This document shows positions 39,864-50,656 of a stretch of 64,000 nt of DNA, piece after piece (position 1 is the first letter of the stretch; the number at the start of each line of letters is the position of its first letter). The stretch comes from an uncultured Chloroflexia bacterium. GTDB lineage: Bacteria; Chloroflexota; Limnocylindria; Limnocylindrales; CSP1-4. Position numbers and translations under genes: made by a program. Below the pieces are notes generated by a model, which had not been told where the DNA came from, ran no database searches, and worked only from the letters and a program-made list of their open reading frames with translations. The stretch spans positions 128,001 to 192,000 of the forward strand of contig CAVVJT010000003.1 of NCBI GenBank assembly GCA_963748625.1, in the 5' to 3' direction.

Positions 39864-41386
39864 GTCGCCTCCAGCTGCTCGAGGAGGAGCTCACCGATCC
39901 GGTATGAACGGCCGCCACCCATCACGAGGACGACGTCGCCCGGCTCGACATGGACCGCCAGCCACGCGGCAGTGGCCTCGACCGACCCCGGGGCGACCGA
40001 CGTGATCGACGGGTTGCGCGTGGCAACGGCGGCGGCAAGCCCGGCTGCGCTGGCGATGGTCGTGTCGGGGTCCCGCCCGGCCCAGATGTCGGCGATGGCG
40101 ACGGCGTCGGCACCGGCGAGCACCGCGGCGAAGTCCTGGAGCAGGGCAGCCGTGCGGTGGAAGGTGAGCGGCTCGTACACGGCCCAGGTCCGCCGGCCCG
40201 GCTCCCGCTGGCGGACGGCGGCAAGCGTCTCGCGGATGGCCGTGGGATGGTGGCCGTAGTCGTCGTAGACCACGACGCCCTTCGCCTCGCCCTTGCGCTC
40301 CAGGCGGCGCCCGACGCCGGGGAACGTTGCGAGCGCCGGCAGCGCGACCTCGGGCGGGAAGCCGGCCGCGAAGCACGCCCCGATGACGCCCAGGGCGTTC
40401 GAGGCATTGTGGCGGCCCGCCGTCGGCAGCCTGACTCCATAGGCGCTGCCGTCGGCGAAGGTGACCGTGAGCGCGGTCCCGTCGGGCTCGGCAGCCACGA
40501 TGTGGCCCTCGATCTCGGCCTCGCCGGGCCGCTCCGGGTCCACGGCGGTGCGAACGACGAGGCCGCCCCAGCCGCCCGCCAGCAGCCGCTCCACGAGCAG
40601 GGCGACGCCGGTATCGCCCGTGTTCGCCACGAGCACCACCGGGATGGCATCGTCGGGGCGGTCCCGGGCAGCGCGCAGGATCCACTGCTCGAACGCCACG
40701 ATGACGGCCTCCCGGTCGGCGAAGACATCGGGATGGTCCCACTCCGCCGAGGTGAGGACGATCACGTCCGGCCGGTACGGGTCGAAGTTGCCGGCGTACT
40801 CGTCCGCCTCAACCACGAACGGGACGCCCGCGCCACGCCGGCCCGTCGCCGCCACGCCGATGCCCGTGATGGCCGCCGGCAGCAGTGCCCCGACGAACGC
40901 GCCGGGATCGCCCCCGGCACCCACGAGCGTGTGCACCAGCCAGCCGGACGTCGTGCTCTTGCCGTGCGTCCCGGCCACCGCGATGAGCAGGCGCCCGTGG
41001 GCCGCGTCCGCCACCACCTGCTGCCAGGGCTCCAGGGGGATGCCTGCGGCACGGGCGGCGGCCAACTCGGGGTTGTCGGGATCGATGGCCGTCAGCGCCT
41101 TGGTGACCGCCAGGCGGGCGGGCGGTCGGTTGCCCGCGACGTGCGCGGCGTCATGGTGGTCCGCCACCCGCACCCCCACCGCCTCGAGCGCCGGCGTGTA
41201 CTGCGACGGACCCCCCGGATCGCATCCGTCAACGTCGGCACCTGCCCACGCGGCGAGCAGCGCGGCCGCCGACGCACCGGCCCCCTGGGCACCCAGGACG
41301 TGGATCCGCTCGCCGGGCGTGATCGGCCGGGAGGGCCGGGCCGGGGCGAGTCCCGCGCCGATCTCCGCCGCCCCTCGGACGGTCAT
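39860..41386 (-). CDS. murC: UDP-N-acetylmuramate--L-alanine ligase (MurC/Mpl family)
   Basis: AVAGTHGKSTT, VVEADEY, EWDHPD, GRHNASNA, GVGRR and YDDYGHHPT motifs. Confidence 0.85.
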   Translation of the reverse strand: MTVRGAAEIGAGLAPARPSRPITPGERIHVLGAQGAGASAAALLAAWAGADVDGCDPGGPSQYTPALEAVGVRVADHHDAAHVAGNRPPARLAVTKALTAIDPDNPELAAARAAGIPLEPWQQVVADAAHGRLLIAVAGTHGKSTTSGWLVHTLVGAGGDPGAFVGALLPAAITGIGVAATGRRGAGVPFVVEADEYAGNFDPYRPDVIVLTSAEWDHPDVFADREAVIVAFEQWILRAARDRPDDAIPVVLVANTGDTGVALLVERLLAGGWGGLVVRTAVDPERPGEAEIEGHIVAAEPDGTALTVTFADGSAYGVRLPTAGRHNASNALGVIGACFAAGFPPEVALPALATFPGVGRRLERKGEAKGVVVYDDYGHHPTAIRETLAAVRQREPGRRTWAVYEPLTFHRTAALLQDFAAVLAGADAVAIADIWAGRDPDTTIASAAGLAAAVATRNPSITSVAPGSVEATAAWLAVHVEPGDVVLVMGGGRSYRIGELLLEQLEAT

Positions 41387-41428
41387 GCGCCGGCTCCGTG
41401 GAGACTCACGCGCCGGACCCTCGATGGC

Positions 41429-41920
41429 TCACGCGCCGCCCGCCTGCTCGAGCAGCAGCCGCAGGGCCGCCTCCGCGCTGTCGGTCTTGTTCGTCGCGCG
41501 ATCGCCCGGCCAGTGGTAGCGGCGGACCACGGGCTCACGACCCCCACCCGCAACCGCGACGTACACCAGCCCGACCGGCTTCTCCTCGGTCCCGCCGTCC
41601 GGGCCGGCCACGCCGGTCACCCCGACGCCGAGGTCCGTCCCCAGACGCGAGCGGGCGCCTTCCGCCATCGCGAGGGCCACCTGGGCGGAGACGGCGCCAT
41701 GCGCGGCCAGCACCTCCGCCGGGACGTCGAGCAGCGAAGCCTTCACGTCGTTGGCATAGGCCACGATCCCACCCCGCAGGTACGCGGATGACCCGGGGAT
41801 CTCGGTGATCACGTGGGCGACCAGACCGCCCGTGCAGGACTCAGCGGTCGCCACGGTCAGGCCGCGCTCGAGGCAGACCGCCTGCAGGCGGCGGGCGAGC
41901 TCCACCAGGGCATCGGCCAT
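41429..41920 (-). CDS. cinA: CinA C-terminal domain / NMN amidohydrolase (PncC)
   Basis: [18 protein letters not shown] and [14 protein letters not shown] motifs. Confidence 0.92.
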   Translation of the reverse strand: MADALVELARRLQAVCLERGLTVATAESCTGGLVAHVITEIPGSSAYLRGGIVAYANDVKASLLDVPAEVLAAHGAVSAQVALAMAEGARSRLGTDLGVGVTGVAGPDGGTEEKPVGLVYVAVAGGGREPVVRRYHWPGDRATNKTDSAEAALRLLLEQAGGA

Positions 41921-41921
41921 G

Positions 41922-43328
41922 TCAGGTCCGGCTGGTCTCCACCGGCGGATCCGGCGGGTCGAAGAGGTAGGTGGCAGGGTTGCTCTGGCGCGAGAGCCGT
42001 CCAAGGTCCTCGCCATTGAGGGTGAAGTACGTGGCGCTCGACTTGCCGGTCCGGACCTCGATGGTCTCCTTGGCGGTGATGGTCAGCACCTTGCCCGGGT
42101 TGTAGACCTGGCCGGCCGCGCCGGTCGTCTTCCAGATCTTGCCGTCCACCCAGACCTTGAGCCACGCGTTGGCACCCTTGATCCGGACCACGAGGTTCAC
42201 ACCGCGGTAGACGATGGCGACATTGCGCGCAAGCGAGACGGCCTTGCCCTCGGCCGAGGTCGCCGTGACGACGATCCGCCACTTGCCGGTGGACAGGTCG
42301 AGCGGCGCGTCGAACGAGCCGTCAGCGGCGACGTCCACCGTCGTGGGACCCACCACCTCGCCCACCGGCGCCGGCGTCGCCGTTCCGGGCGATGCCGATG
42401 GATCCGGCGTGGCCGGCGCCACCACCGGGACACCATCCTCGGTCTCGGTCTGGTACGCCGTGATGGAGACGGTCTTGGCGTTGGAGGTGGATCCACGGAC
42501 CGGGACCGCCCCGTTCTCGAACTGCGAGCCCTCCGCGGGCGATTCAACCGAGAGCGTGGGGGCCTCGATGACCAGGAACGGCACGGTGATCAGGTACTGC
42601 GGCGTCTCCTCGGCCGTCTTGCCGGTCTCGGGATCCAGGGCGCTGACGTCGAACTGGTTGCGCCCACGGCGGAGCTCCACCTCGGACTCCCAGCGCCCGG
42701 TCGCGTCCGCGGTCACCCGGTACGGCTGGTCCCGGCCGGCGACGGCGATGGTGACGGTCGCACGCGGGATCGACGTGCCGCGGAACGTGTAGGTAGTCGT
42801 GTCCTCAGGCACCTCGATGACCGCCTCGGTCGGACTGATCACCGTGAGCGTGGGCGGCTTTGCGAAACGGACCAGCTGGACGCCGATGTACAGCGCGAAG
42901 GCTCCCGCGAGCAGCACCAGCAGGACCGCGATGATCGCCACGGGCGAGAACGTGATGCCCTGGCGCGGCGCGGCGAGGGGCTTGGGAACGGCGAGCACTG
43001 GCTCTGCCGGGATGGAGGCGTCACCGCGCTCGCGCTTCCACTGGCGGATGACGTCCTCGGGATCCAGGCCCAGGTACAGCGCGTAGTTGCGCAGGAACCC
43101 CTTGGTGTAGACGGCACCGGGCAGCTCCCGGTAGTCGCCGGCCTCGAGGGCGGCGAGATAGCGGGACCGGATCTTCGTGTCGCGTTCGGCCCGGAACAGG
43201 TCAACGCCCTTGCGCTCCCGCGCGGCGATCAGCCGCTCGGGCAGCGTGGGACCGGCTTCCGTCGCGTAGGCGGGGTCGGCGTCACGCGCACCACCGCGCC
43301 CTCGCCGTGCCTCGTCCCGCGTCGTCAT
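41922..43328 (-). CDS. rodZ: RodZ-like cytoskeleton protein with Ig-like extracellular inserts
   Basis: [30 protein letters not shown], a TM, two Ig-like domains and a DUF4115-like AWLKVWVDG end. Located between ftsK and cinA. Confidence 0.85.
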   Translation of the reverse strand: MTTRDEARRGRGGARDADPAYATEAGPTLPERLIAARERKGVDLFRAERDTKIRSRYLAALEAGDYRELPGAVYTKGFLRNYALYLGLDPEDVIRQWKRERGDASIPAEPVLAVPKPLAAPRQGITFSPVAIIAVLLVLLAGAFALYIGVQLVRFAKPPTLTVISPTEAVIEVPEDTTTYTFRGTSIPRATVTIAVAGRDQPYRVTADATGRWESEVELRRGRNQFDVSALDPETGKTAEETPQYLITVPFLVIEAPTLSVESPAEGSQFENGAVPVRGSTSNAKTVSITAYQTETEDGVPVVAPATPDPSASPGTATPAPVGEVVGPTTVDVAADGSFDAPLDLSTGKWRIVVTATSAEGKAVSLARNVAIVYRGVNLVVRIKGANAWLKVWVDGKIWKTTGAAGQVYNPGKVLTITAKETIEVRTGKSSATYFTLNGEDLGRLSRQSNPATYLFDPPDPPVETSRT

Positions 43329-45883
43329 GCATCGTCCTCGTCAGCGTCCAGACCGGGACCGTCGTCCCGCCGGAGCACAGCCCGCGCGGTCGAACCGTCG
43401 AACGCGCCGATGTATCCACGTGCCTCGAGCTGGTCGATGATCCGCGCAGCCCGGGCGTAGCCGATCCTGAGGCGCCGCTGCAGCAGGGACGCCGAGGCCC
43501 GATCGTACTCCCGAATGACATTGACCGCCTCGAAGAGCAGGCGGTCCGCGTCGTCGTCGGCAAGCTCCTCGACGTTGCCCACAGCCTGCCCGGTGAGCGA
43601 CGTGATGGCGCTGTCGTACCGGGGGTCCTCCACCTGGTCGCACCAGTGCTGGACGACCGCGGCGATCTCCCGGTCCGAGACGAACACGCCCTGGTGGCGG
43701 ATGGGCCGTGGCAGGTCGCTCGGCTGGTAGAGCATGTCGCCGCGGCCGATGAGGTCCTCGGCGCCGGGCGAATCGAGGATGGTGCGCGAGTCGATCTGGG
43801 AGGCCATCGCGAACGCGATCCGGCTGGGGAAGTTGGCCTTGATCAGGCCCGTCACCACGTTGACCGACGGCCGCTGCGTGGCCAGGACCATGTGGATCCC
43901 GGTCGCGCGCGCCTTCTGGGCGAGGCGGACGATCGGGTCCTCCACGTTCTTGCCCTCGCGCATCATCAGGTCGGCGAGCTCGTCGATGACGATCACGATG
44001 TACGGGAGGCGGCGCCGCTCGGGGACCTTGGGGCTCTCGTTGTAGGCCTTGATGTTGCGCGCGGAGACCCCGGCGAACTTCTTGTAGCGGCGCTCCATCT
44101 CCTCGACGGCCCAGTTGAGGGCGGCCTTCGCCTTCTCGGGCTCGGTGATCACCGGGACGAGCAGGTGCGGCAGCTTGTCGCCCTCGCTGTAGGAGGCGAG
44201 CTCCACGCGCTTGAGGTCCATCAGGATCATCCGGACCTCGCGCGGGTTCGCGTTGCACAGCAGGCTCGTGATCAGCGCGTTGACCATGACGCTCTTGCCG
44301 GAGCCCGTGGCGCCCGCGATGAGCAGATGGGGCATCCGGGCGAGATCCACGGCCTGGGCACGCCCGGCCACGTCCCGACCAAGCGCGAAGGTCAGGCGCG
44401 AGATGTGCGGCGCACCGAGGTCCACCTCGTCGAGGATCCGGCGCAGCGCGACGACGTTGAACTCCTGGTTCGGGATCTCGATCCCCACGGCCGCCTTGCC
44501 GGGGATCGGCGCCTCGATGCGGATGCTGCGAGCGGCCAGGGCCATCGCCAGGTCGTCGGCGAGCGCCTCGATGCGGCTCAGCTTGATGTGGGCCGCGGGC
44601 TGGACCACGTACTGCGTGACCACCGGCCCGGCGTTCTTGCCGATGACGTCGGCCTCGATGCCGAAGCTCGCCAGCTTCTTCTTGATGATCGCCTCGTTGC
44701 GCTCGTGCACGATGGACGAGTCCGCCGGCTGGGCGGGCGGATCGCCGGGGTCGAGGAGGTCGCGGGCGGGCAGCATGAAGTCCGCGTCGTCCACCGTGAG
44801 CGCGGCGCGCGACGCATCCACCGGCTCGTCGGCGGGGTGGCCCAGCACCTCGGGCGGCGTGAGCTCTGCGGCCTCGGCAGGGACGCCGGACGCCGTGCCG
44901 TCACCAGCAGTCGGGGGCACAGGGACATCCGCCGGGCGAACCGGGCCGTCACCCCCGGTCGAGCCCGGGGCGCGGGCGGGCGCGAAGGTCGCGGACATCG
45001 GACCTGCCGACCCGGAGGTCACCGGCACCGGCACCCCCAGGTCCTGGTCCACGTCCTGACCGAACGCACCGGTCTGACCCGGCACCGAGCCCGTACCGGT
45101 GGAGATGCGGCCGCCTCGTCCGCGACGCCCGGTCTCCTTGTCGGCCGTTGCGACGCCCCCAGCGGCGGCGGTTGCCGCGGTCCGCGCTGCAGACGATCCG
45201 TCCGCGGCCTGCGTGGGCTTGGTGGTGCGGTCCTGGAGCGTGCCGCCCGCAGCCTTCGCGGCACGCGTCGCGGGCGACAGGAGTGAACGCAGCGGGATGT
45301 CGAACGCGATCAGCAGGCCCGCGAGCACGAGCGCCAGCAGGATGACGAAGGCGCCAGGTGACGTGAGCAGGGACTCCAGGACGCCCGTGAGCAGGCGGCC
45401 GATGCGCCCCCCGCCGGTCGGCTCGCCGTCGAGCGGGTTGACAGCCTGGAACAGTTGGAGCAGCCCCAGGAACCCGACATACGCCATGCCGATCCCCAGC
45501 AGGGTGCGGCCCCAGGGTGCGCCCGGCTGCTTGCCAGGTCCCCATTCCACGTACCAGCCGGACAGCAGCAGTACGAACGGCAGCAGCCAGCGCCCGGTGC
45601 CGAAGAACGGGCCCGAGATGCTGATCCACCAGTCGGTCAGGCTCCCCTCCCCCGGCAGCATCAGCGCGATCAGCGTGACGGCACCCAGCGCGAGGAGGGC
45701 GAGACCCACAAGCGAGCGGACGACATCGGGTGACAGGCCCGTGGAGAGCTTCGGCAGCGGCAGACCCCCGCCCGACGAGCGGGCGCCCCGAGCCGTGCCG
45801 GACCGCGAGCGGGACCTGCTCGTGGTGCCGGACCGGGATCGGGACGACGGCTGACGGGAGGACGTCCTGGGCTGCTTCGCCAC
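43325..45883 (-). CDS. ftsK: DNA translocase FtsK/SpoIIIE
   Basis: N-terminal TMs, MPHLLIAGATGSGKS, IDELADLM, LATQRPSV and gamma domain ASASLLQRRLRIGYARAARIIDQLE. Confidence 0.96.
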   Translation of the reverse strand: MAKQPRTSSRQPSSRSRSGTTSRSRSRSGTARGARSSGGGLPLPKLSTGLSPDVVRSLVGLALLALGAVTLIALMLPGEGSLTDWWISISGPFFGTGRWLLPFVLLLSGWYVEWGPGKQPGAPWGRTLLGIGMAYVGFLGLLQLFQAVNPLDGEPTGGGRIGRLLTGVLESLLTSPGAFVILLALVLAGLLIAFDIPLRSLLSPATRAAKAAGGTLQDRTTKPTQAADGSSAARTAATAAAGGVATADKETGRRGRGGRISTGTGSVPGQTGAFGQDVDQDLGVPVPVTSGSAGPMSATFAPARAPGSTGGDGPVRPADVPVPPTAGDGTASGVPAEAAELTPPEVLGHPADEPVDASRAALTVDDADFMLPARDLLDPGDPPAQPADSSIVHERNEAIIKKKLASFGIEADVIGKNAGPVVTQYVVQPAAHIKLSRIEALADDLAMALAARSIRIEAPIPGKAAVGIEIPNQEFNVVALRRILDEVDLGAPHISRLTFALGRDVAGRAQAVDLARMPHLLIAGATGSGKSVMVNALITSLLCNANPREVRMILMDLKRVELASYSEGDKLPHLLVPVITEPEKAKAALNWAVEEMERRYKKFAGVSARNIKAYNESPKVPERRRLPYIVIVIDELADLMMREGKNVEDPIVRLAQKARATGIHMVLATQRPSVNVVTGLIKANFPSRIAFAMASQIDSRTILDSPGAEDLIGRGDMLYQPSDLPRPIRHQGVFVSDREIAAVVQHWCDQVEDPRYDSAITSLTGQAVGNVEELADDDADRLLFEAVNVIREYDRASASLLQRRLRIGYARAARIIDQLEARGYIGAFDGSTARAVLRRDDGPGLDADEDDA

Positions 45884-45886
45884 CCG

Positions 45887-47551
45887 TTAGACCTCGACCA
45901 CCACGGGGAAGACCATCGGGCGGCGCTTGGTCTGCTCGTAGAGGAACCTGGACACGCCGTCCTTGATCTGGACCTTGAGCAGCGCGACCTCGGAGATCCG
46001 GTCCCCGGGCGCTTCGACAGCCTCGCGGATGCGCCGGATCGCCTCCTCGATGATCCGGTCCTCCTCGGGCCCGTGGACGAAGCCGCGGGTGATGATCTCG
46101 GGCCGCCCGACCACCTTGTTGGTCTGCTTGTCGATCTGGATGACGACCATGAACATGCCGTCGTTGGCGAGCGCGCGACGGTCGCGCAGGACGATGTCGC
46201 CCACCTCGCCCACGGACAGGCCATCCACGTACACGTAGCCCGCCGGGACCGACGCACCGCGACGGGCTGAGCCGTCGGCGAAGATCTCGATCGGCGTGCC
46301 GTTCTCGATGATGTACACGTTCTCCGGCGCAACGCCGGTGTCGATGGCCAGGCGGCCGTGCTGGACCAGCATCCGGAACTCGCCGTGCATCGGGATGAAG
46401 TACTTGGGCTTCGTGAGCCCGAGCATGAGCTTGAGCTCCTCCTGGCTGGCGTGCCCGGAGACGTGCGCCCGCTTGATCGTGTGGTAGAACACGTTGGCGC
46501 CGGCCTTGAACAGGTTGTCGATCGTGCGGGCCACGTACTCCTCGTTGCCGGGGATCGGGCTCGCTGAGACGATGACGGTGTCGCCGGGCTGGATCTCCAC
46601 GAACCGGTGGTCCCGGTTGGCCATGCGCGCCAGGCCGGCCATCGGCTCACCCTGGGCACCGGTCGTGGCGATGACGAGGTTGGGTGGCGCGTCCTTGATC
46701 CGGTCCTTGGAGACGATCGCAGACGGCTCGTACTTGAGGTAGCCGAGGTCGGTCGCGATCCGGAAGTTCTGCTCCATCGACCGGCCGATGACGGCGGTCT
46801 TGCGCTTCATGTCCGCGGCGGCGTCGAGCACCTGCTGGAGGCGCGCGATGTTCGAGGCGAACGTGGCGACGATCACGCGCCCATCGAGCGGCTCCATGAT
46901 CTCGCGGAAGGCCTCGCCGACGATCCGTTCGGACGGCGTGTAGCCCGGGTTCTCCGCACGGGTCGAGTCGGACAGGAGGCAGATGACGCCCTCCTCGCCG
47001 AGCCGCGCGAGGATGTGGAAGTCGGACAGCTTCCCGTCGACCGGCGTGTGGTCGAACTTGAAGTCACCCGTGTGGACCACGGTGCCCACCGGCGTGCGCA
47101 GGGCGATGCCCATCGCATCCGGGATGGAGTGGCCGATGCGGAACGGCACCGCGGTGAACGGCCCGATCTCCAGCTCGTCGCCCGGCTCCATCGCGATCAG
47201 CGGGTTGTTGTGGAGCTTGTGCTCCTTGATCTTGTTGCCCAGGAGTCCACGGGCCAGGGTGCTCGCGTAGACGGGCACGCCGGGGAACTCGGGCAGGACG
47301 TACGGGAGGCCGCCGACGTGGTCCTCATGGGCGTGCGTGATCAGGAAGGCCCGGACCTTCTCGCGGTTCTCCTTGAGGTAGGTGACATCGGGCACGACCA
47401 GGTCGATGCCGAACATCTCCTCGTCGGGGAACATGAGGCCGCAGTCGATGACGACGATGTCATCGCCGTACTCGAAGACGTACATGTTCTTGCCGATCTC
47501 GCCCACCCCGCCAAGCGGGATGATTCGGAGCGGTGTGCTGGGATCTGCCAT
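45887..47551 (-). CDS. rnj: Ribonuclease J
   Basis: PLGGVGEIGKN, THAHEDH, HTGDFKFD and HVSGH motifs. Confidence 0.96.
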   Translation of the reverse strand: MADPSTPLRIIPLGGVGEIGKNMYVFEYGDDIVVIDCGLMFPDEEMFGIDLVVPDVTYLKENREKVRAFLITHAHEDHVGGLPYVLPEFPGVPVYASTLARGLLGNKIKEHKLHNNPLIAMEPGDELEIGPFTAVPFRIGHSIPDAMGIALRTPVGTVVHTGDFKFDHTPVDGKLSDFHILARLGEEGVICLLSDSTRAENPGYTPSERIVGEAFREIMEPLDGRVIVATFASNIARLQQVLDAAADMKRKTAVIGRSMEQNFRIATDLGYLKYEPSAIVSKDRIKDAPPNLVIATTGAQGEPMAGLARMANRDHRFVEIQPGDTVIVSASPIPGNEEYVARTIDNLFKAGANVFYHTIKRAHVSGHASQEELKLMLGLTKPKYFIPMHGEFRMLVQHGRLAIDTGVAPENVYIIENGTPIEIFADGSARRGASVPAGYVYVDGLSVGEVGDIVLRDRRALANDGMFMVVIQIDKQTNKVVGRPEIITRGFVHGPEEDRIIEEAIRRIREAVEAPGDRISEVALLKVQIKDGVSRFLYEQTKRRPMVFPVVVEV

Positions 47552-47576
47552 CGGTGTTCTCGGTATAGGGGTTGGG

Positions 47577-48347
47577 TCAGAACAGGGTCATCTGGTCGGC
47601 GCCGGGCTCCGCGGGACGGGCGGACTCGGACGGCGCCACGGGTGCAGGCGCGGTGTCGGCCGCGACGGGCGCGGCAGGAGCGGTCGGCGCGGCCGCGGCT
47701 GGCTCGATGATGGCGGGTCCGGACGCTGCCGTCACGGTGCTTCCGTCACCGCCGCGCAGGGCGCGGGCACGGAGGAGGGTCTCCGGTACGCGGGCGATGT
47801 CACGGTAGCTCTCCTGCTCGAGGGCCGCTGTGCGCAGTGCGGCCGCCGGGTGGTACATCGCGAAGACGAGCGCGTTGCGGGCGCCGGTCTCCGGGTCCAC
47901 GGCGGCCGTGGTCCCGTGGACCTGGCCGATTCGGGCGCCGGGCATGAACGTGCCCATCGAGTAGCGGCCAAGCGTCACCACGACGGCCGGGTCGAGCACC
48001 TCGAGCTGGCGGCGCAGGAAGCCCGCGCAGGCGGCGATCTCGTCGGGTTGCGGGTCCCGGTTGTCCGGCGGGCGGCACTTCACCACGTTCGTGATGAACA
48101 CGTCCTCCCGCTGCCAGCCGATCGAGCCCAGCAGGCGGACGAGGAGCTGGCCGGCACGCCCGACGAACGGCCGGCCCTCCCGGTCCTCGTTCATGCCCGG
48201 ACCCTCGCCCACGAAGACGACCTCCGTGTCGGGATCGCCCTCTCCGGGGACGGCTCGAGTCCGGCCCTCGTGGAGCCGGCAGGCGGTGCAGGCGCGGACC
48301 TCGTCCCCAATCCGCTCGAGCGCCTCGCGACGCTCGTCGGGGGTCAC
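47577..48347 (-). CDS. Uracil-DNA glycosylase family 4 (Fe-S)
   Basis: CTAC, GEGPG..ED..GRPFVG, NVVKCRPPDNR and YHPAA motifs. Confidence 0.93.
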   Translation of the reverse strand: MTPDERREALERIGDEVRACTACRLHEGRTRAVPGEGDPDTEVVFVGEGPGMNEDREGRPFVGRAGQLLVRLLGSIGWQREDVFITNVVKCRPPDNRDPQPDEIAACAGFLRRQLEVLDPAVVVTLGRYSMGTFMPGARIGQVHGTTAAVDPETGARNALVFAMYHPAAALRTAALEQESYRDIARVPETLLRARALRGGDGSTVTAASGPAIIEPAAAAPTAPAAPVAADTAPAPVAPSESARPAEPGADQMTLF

Positions 48348-49417
48348 GCGGGCGTTCCCCCGGCGACCCCGGCGGTGTGGCGCTCGCTGCCCTTGCGGAT
48401 CCAGCCGCGCTCGATCAGGACCTCGGCGATCTCCACGGCGTTCGACGCGGCGCCCTTGCGCAGGTTGTCGCTGACCACCCAGAACGCTAGGCCCCTGTTG
48501 TCAGGGACCGACGGGTCCTGGCGGACGCGGCCCACGAACACGAGGTCGCTCCCGGCGGCGTGCTCGGCGAGCGGGTAGATCCTGTTGGCGGGGTCGTCCT
48601 GGATCACGACGCCCGGCACCTTCGCCATGACCTCGCGGGCCTCGTCGGGGGTGATCGGGGCCGTGGTCTCGACGTGGACGGCCTCAGAGTGGCTCATGAA
48701 GACCGGGACGCGGACGGCCGTGCAGGAGACGCGCAGGTCCGGCAGGTGCAGGATCTTGCGGCTCTCCGTGACGACCTTCCACTCCTCCTTCGTGTAGCCG
48801 TTGTCCATGAAGACGTCGATCTGCGGCAGGGCGTTGAAGCCGATGTTGTACGGGTAGACGCTGGCGACCTTCGGGCGGCCCTCGGCGTGGGCCTTGACCT
48901 GCTCCTCGAGCTCCACGATGGCCTTGTGGCCCGTGCCGCTCACCGCCTGGTAGGTGTCAACGATCAGGCGCTCAATGCCGACCGCGTCGCGCAGCGCCAT
49001 CAGCGGCGGCATGAGCTGCATGGTGGAGCAGTTGGGGTTCGCGATGATCCCCTCGTGCCAGTCGAGATCCTCGGGATTGACCTGGCTGACCACCAGCGGG
49101 ATGGCCGGGTCCATGCGCCAGGCACTGGAGTTGTCGATCACCGTGCAGCCGCGCTTGGCAGCCTCGGGTGCAAGCTCCTTGCTGGTGCCCCCACCCGCGC
49201 TGAAGAGCGCGATGTCGATGCCCTCGAAGGCCTCGGGGGTGGCCTCCTCCACGGTGATGTCCCTGCCGTCCACCGTGAGCGTGGTGCCCGCGCTGCGCGC
49301 GGAGGCGAGGAGGCGCAGCTCGGTGTACGGCAGCTGCTTCTCGAGGAGGACCTTGATCATCGTTCGACCGACAGCGCCGGTGGCGCCGACGACGGCGACG
49401 GTGAGCTTCTGGGGCAC
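48344..49417 (-). CDS. asd: Aspartate-semialdehyde dehydrogenase
   Basis: VVGATGAVG, DNSSAWRM, ANPNCST and SDNLRKGAA motifs. Confidence 0.96.
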   Translation of the reverse strand: MPQKLTVAVVGATGAVGRTMIKVLLEKQLPYTELRLLASARSAGTTLTVDGRDITVEEATPEAFEGIDIALFSAGGGTSKELAPEAAKRGCTVIDNSSAWRMDPAIPLVVSQVNPEDLDWHEGIIANPNCSTMQLMPPLMALRDAVGIERLIVDTYQAVSGTGHKAIVELEEQVKAHAEGRPKVASVYPYNIGFNALPQIDVFMDNGYTKEEWKVVTESRKILHLPDLRVSCTAVRVPVFMSHSEAVHVETTAPITPDEAREVMAKVPGVVIQDDPANRIYPLAEHAAGSDLVFVGRVRQDPSVPDNRGLAFWVVSDNLRKGAASNAVEIAEVLIERGWIRKGSERHTAGVAGGTPA

Positions 49418-49430
49418 GTTTGCCTGCCTT

Positions 49431-50450
49431 CTACGCGATGGTTGGGCCGGGCGGGAGTATACCAGCGGGCTCCTGCGCTCCCGAGAGTCCGAGCTCCACC
49501 CCGAGCTCCAGCCCGAGCTCTGCGGCATGCTCCATGCACACGTGGCTGGCGATGTCCACGAACGCGCGTGCGGCCGGTGTGCGGTAGCGCTCCCGGTGCC
49601 AGATGAGGGCGATGCGGCGGGGCGGCAGGTCGGTCGGGATGACGGTGACCGCCGGATCGCCGGGCGTCACGGCCAGCAGCGGCATCAGGGCCGTGCCCAG
49701 GCGCGCGCCGGCCATCGCCTGGACGGTCGCGTTGTCGTCCGAGCGGAACACGAACTGGGCCTCGTAGCCCTTCGCCCGGAGCGCGCGCTCCACGGTCTGC
49801 GTGCTGCCCGCAGAGCGGAAGCCGATCAGGCGCAGGGCGGCGATCCCACGCATCGGCGGGTGCGGCGGGAGGAGCGCCGCCTTCGATCCGGTTGCCGCCA
49901 GGAGGACCCACGGGTCACGAACCAGCTCCACCGCCTCGAACGGCCCGTCCGGAAGCGGCAGGCTGCCGAACGTCAGGTCGAGTCGGCCGAGCTCAACGAG
50001 GTCGAGGAGGCCCTGGTCCGGCGCCTCCGAGAGCTCCACCTCGATCCCGGGCCACGTCGCACCGAACCGCTTCACGATCGCAGGCAGCAGCTTGGACCCG
50101 ACACTCGAGTAGACGCCGACGCGGAGCGTCCCGTGCTCACCGGCTGCGTAGGCGAGCAGGTCGGCGCGGGCCGCCTGGAGGCGCGTGGAGATCGCGTTGA
50201 CATGGCGCAGGAGGAGCTGGCCCGCCTCGGTGATCGTGACCGCCCGCCGTCCGCGTCCCCGGTTGAAGAGCCGCACCCCCAGCGCGCTCTCGAGCGAGGC
50301 GATGTGCTGGCTTACGGCGGACTGGGTGTAATCGAGCGCGTCAGCTGCGCCGTGGAAGGATCCGTGCTCCGCCACGGCCTGGAAGCTGAGCAGCTGGCGC
50401 AGGGAGACGTCGGCCAGCGCCTCGGGCAATACGGCCGGCAGGGTGGTCAT
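49431..50450 (-). CDS. LysR-family transcriptional regulator
   Basis: GSFHGAADALDYTQSAVSQHIASLE HTH plus a substrate-binding domain. Confidence 0.93.
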   Translation of the reverse strand: MTTLPAVLPEALADVSLRQLLSFQAVAEHGSFHGAADALDYTQSAVSQHIASLESALGVRLFNRGRGRRAVTITEAGQLLLRHVNAISTRLQAARADLLAYAAGEHGTLRVGVYSSVGSKLLPAIVKRFGATWPGIEVELSEAPDQGLLDLVELGRLDLTFGSLPLPDGPFEAVELVRDPWVLLAATGSKAALLPPHPPMRGIAALRLIGFRSAGSTQTVERALRAKGYEAQFVFRSDDNATVQAMAGARLGTALMPLLAVTPGDPAVTVIPTDLPPRRIALIWHRERYRTPAARAFVDIASHVCMEHAAELGLELGVELGLSGAQEPAGILPPGPTIA

Positions 50451-50525
50451 AATATCAGTTTGGCTACTCATTACGCTCATGATACGAGATTGCTCTAATC
50501 AGCGCGAGCACGCAGGATACAACTC

Positions 50526-50636
50526 ATGGAACTCCTGATTGCCCTGATCGTCGTGGTGATCATCGGCGCCCTCGCCCAGACGATCGGTACTGACTCCCGC
50601 GACGCCAACCCCAACCGCCAGGTCGCCTCGATCTAG
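50526..50636 (+). CDS. 36-aa membrane microprotein with GTDSRD motif
   Basis: MELLIALIVVVIIGALAQTIGTDSRDANPNRQVASI*, with RBS AGGA and its own terminator, divergent from the LysR gene. Confidence 0.75.
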   Translation: MELLIALIVVVIIGALAQTIGTDSRDANPNRQVASI

Positions 50637-50656
50637 CCGCACCGCTCCTCAATTCG

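Noticed and set aside
36933-40259. Very long plus-strand ORFs (e.g. 36933..40259, 54184..57327, 60530..63100)
   Set aside because: These are antisense shadows of real genes, expected at high GC3, with no recognisable domains.
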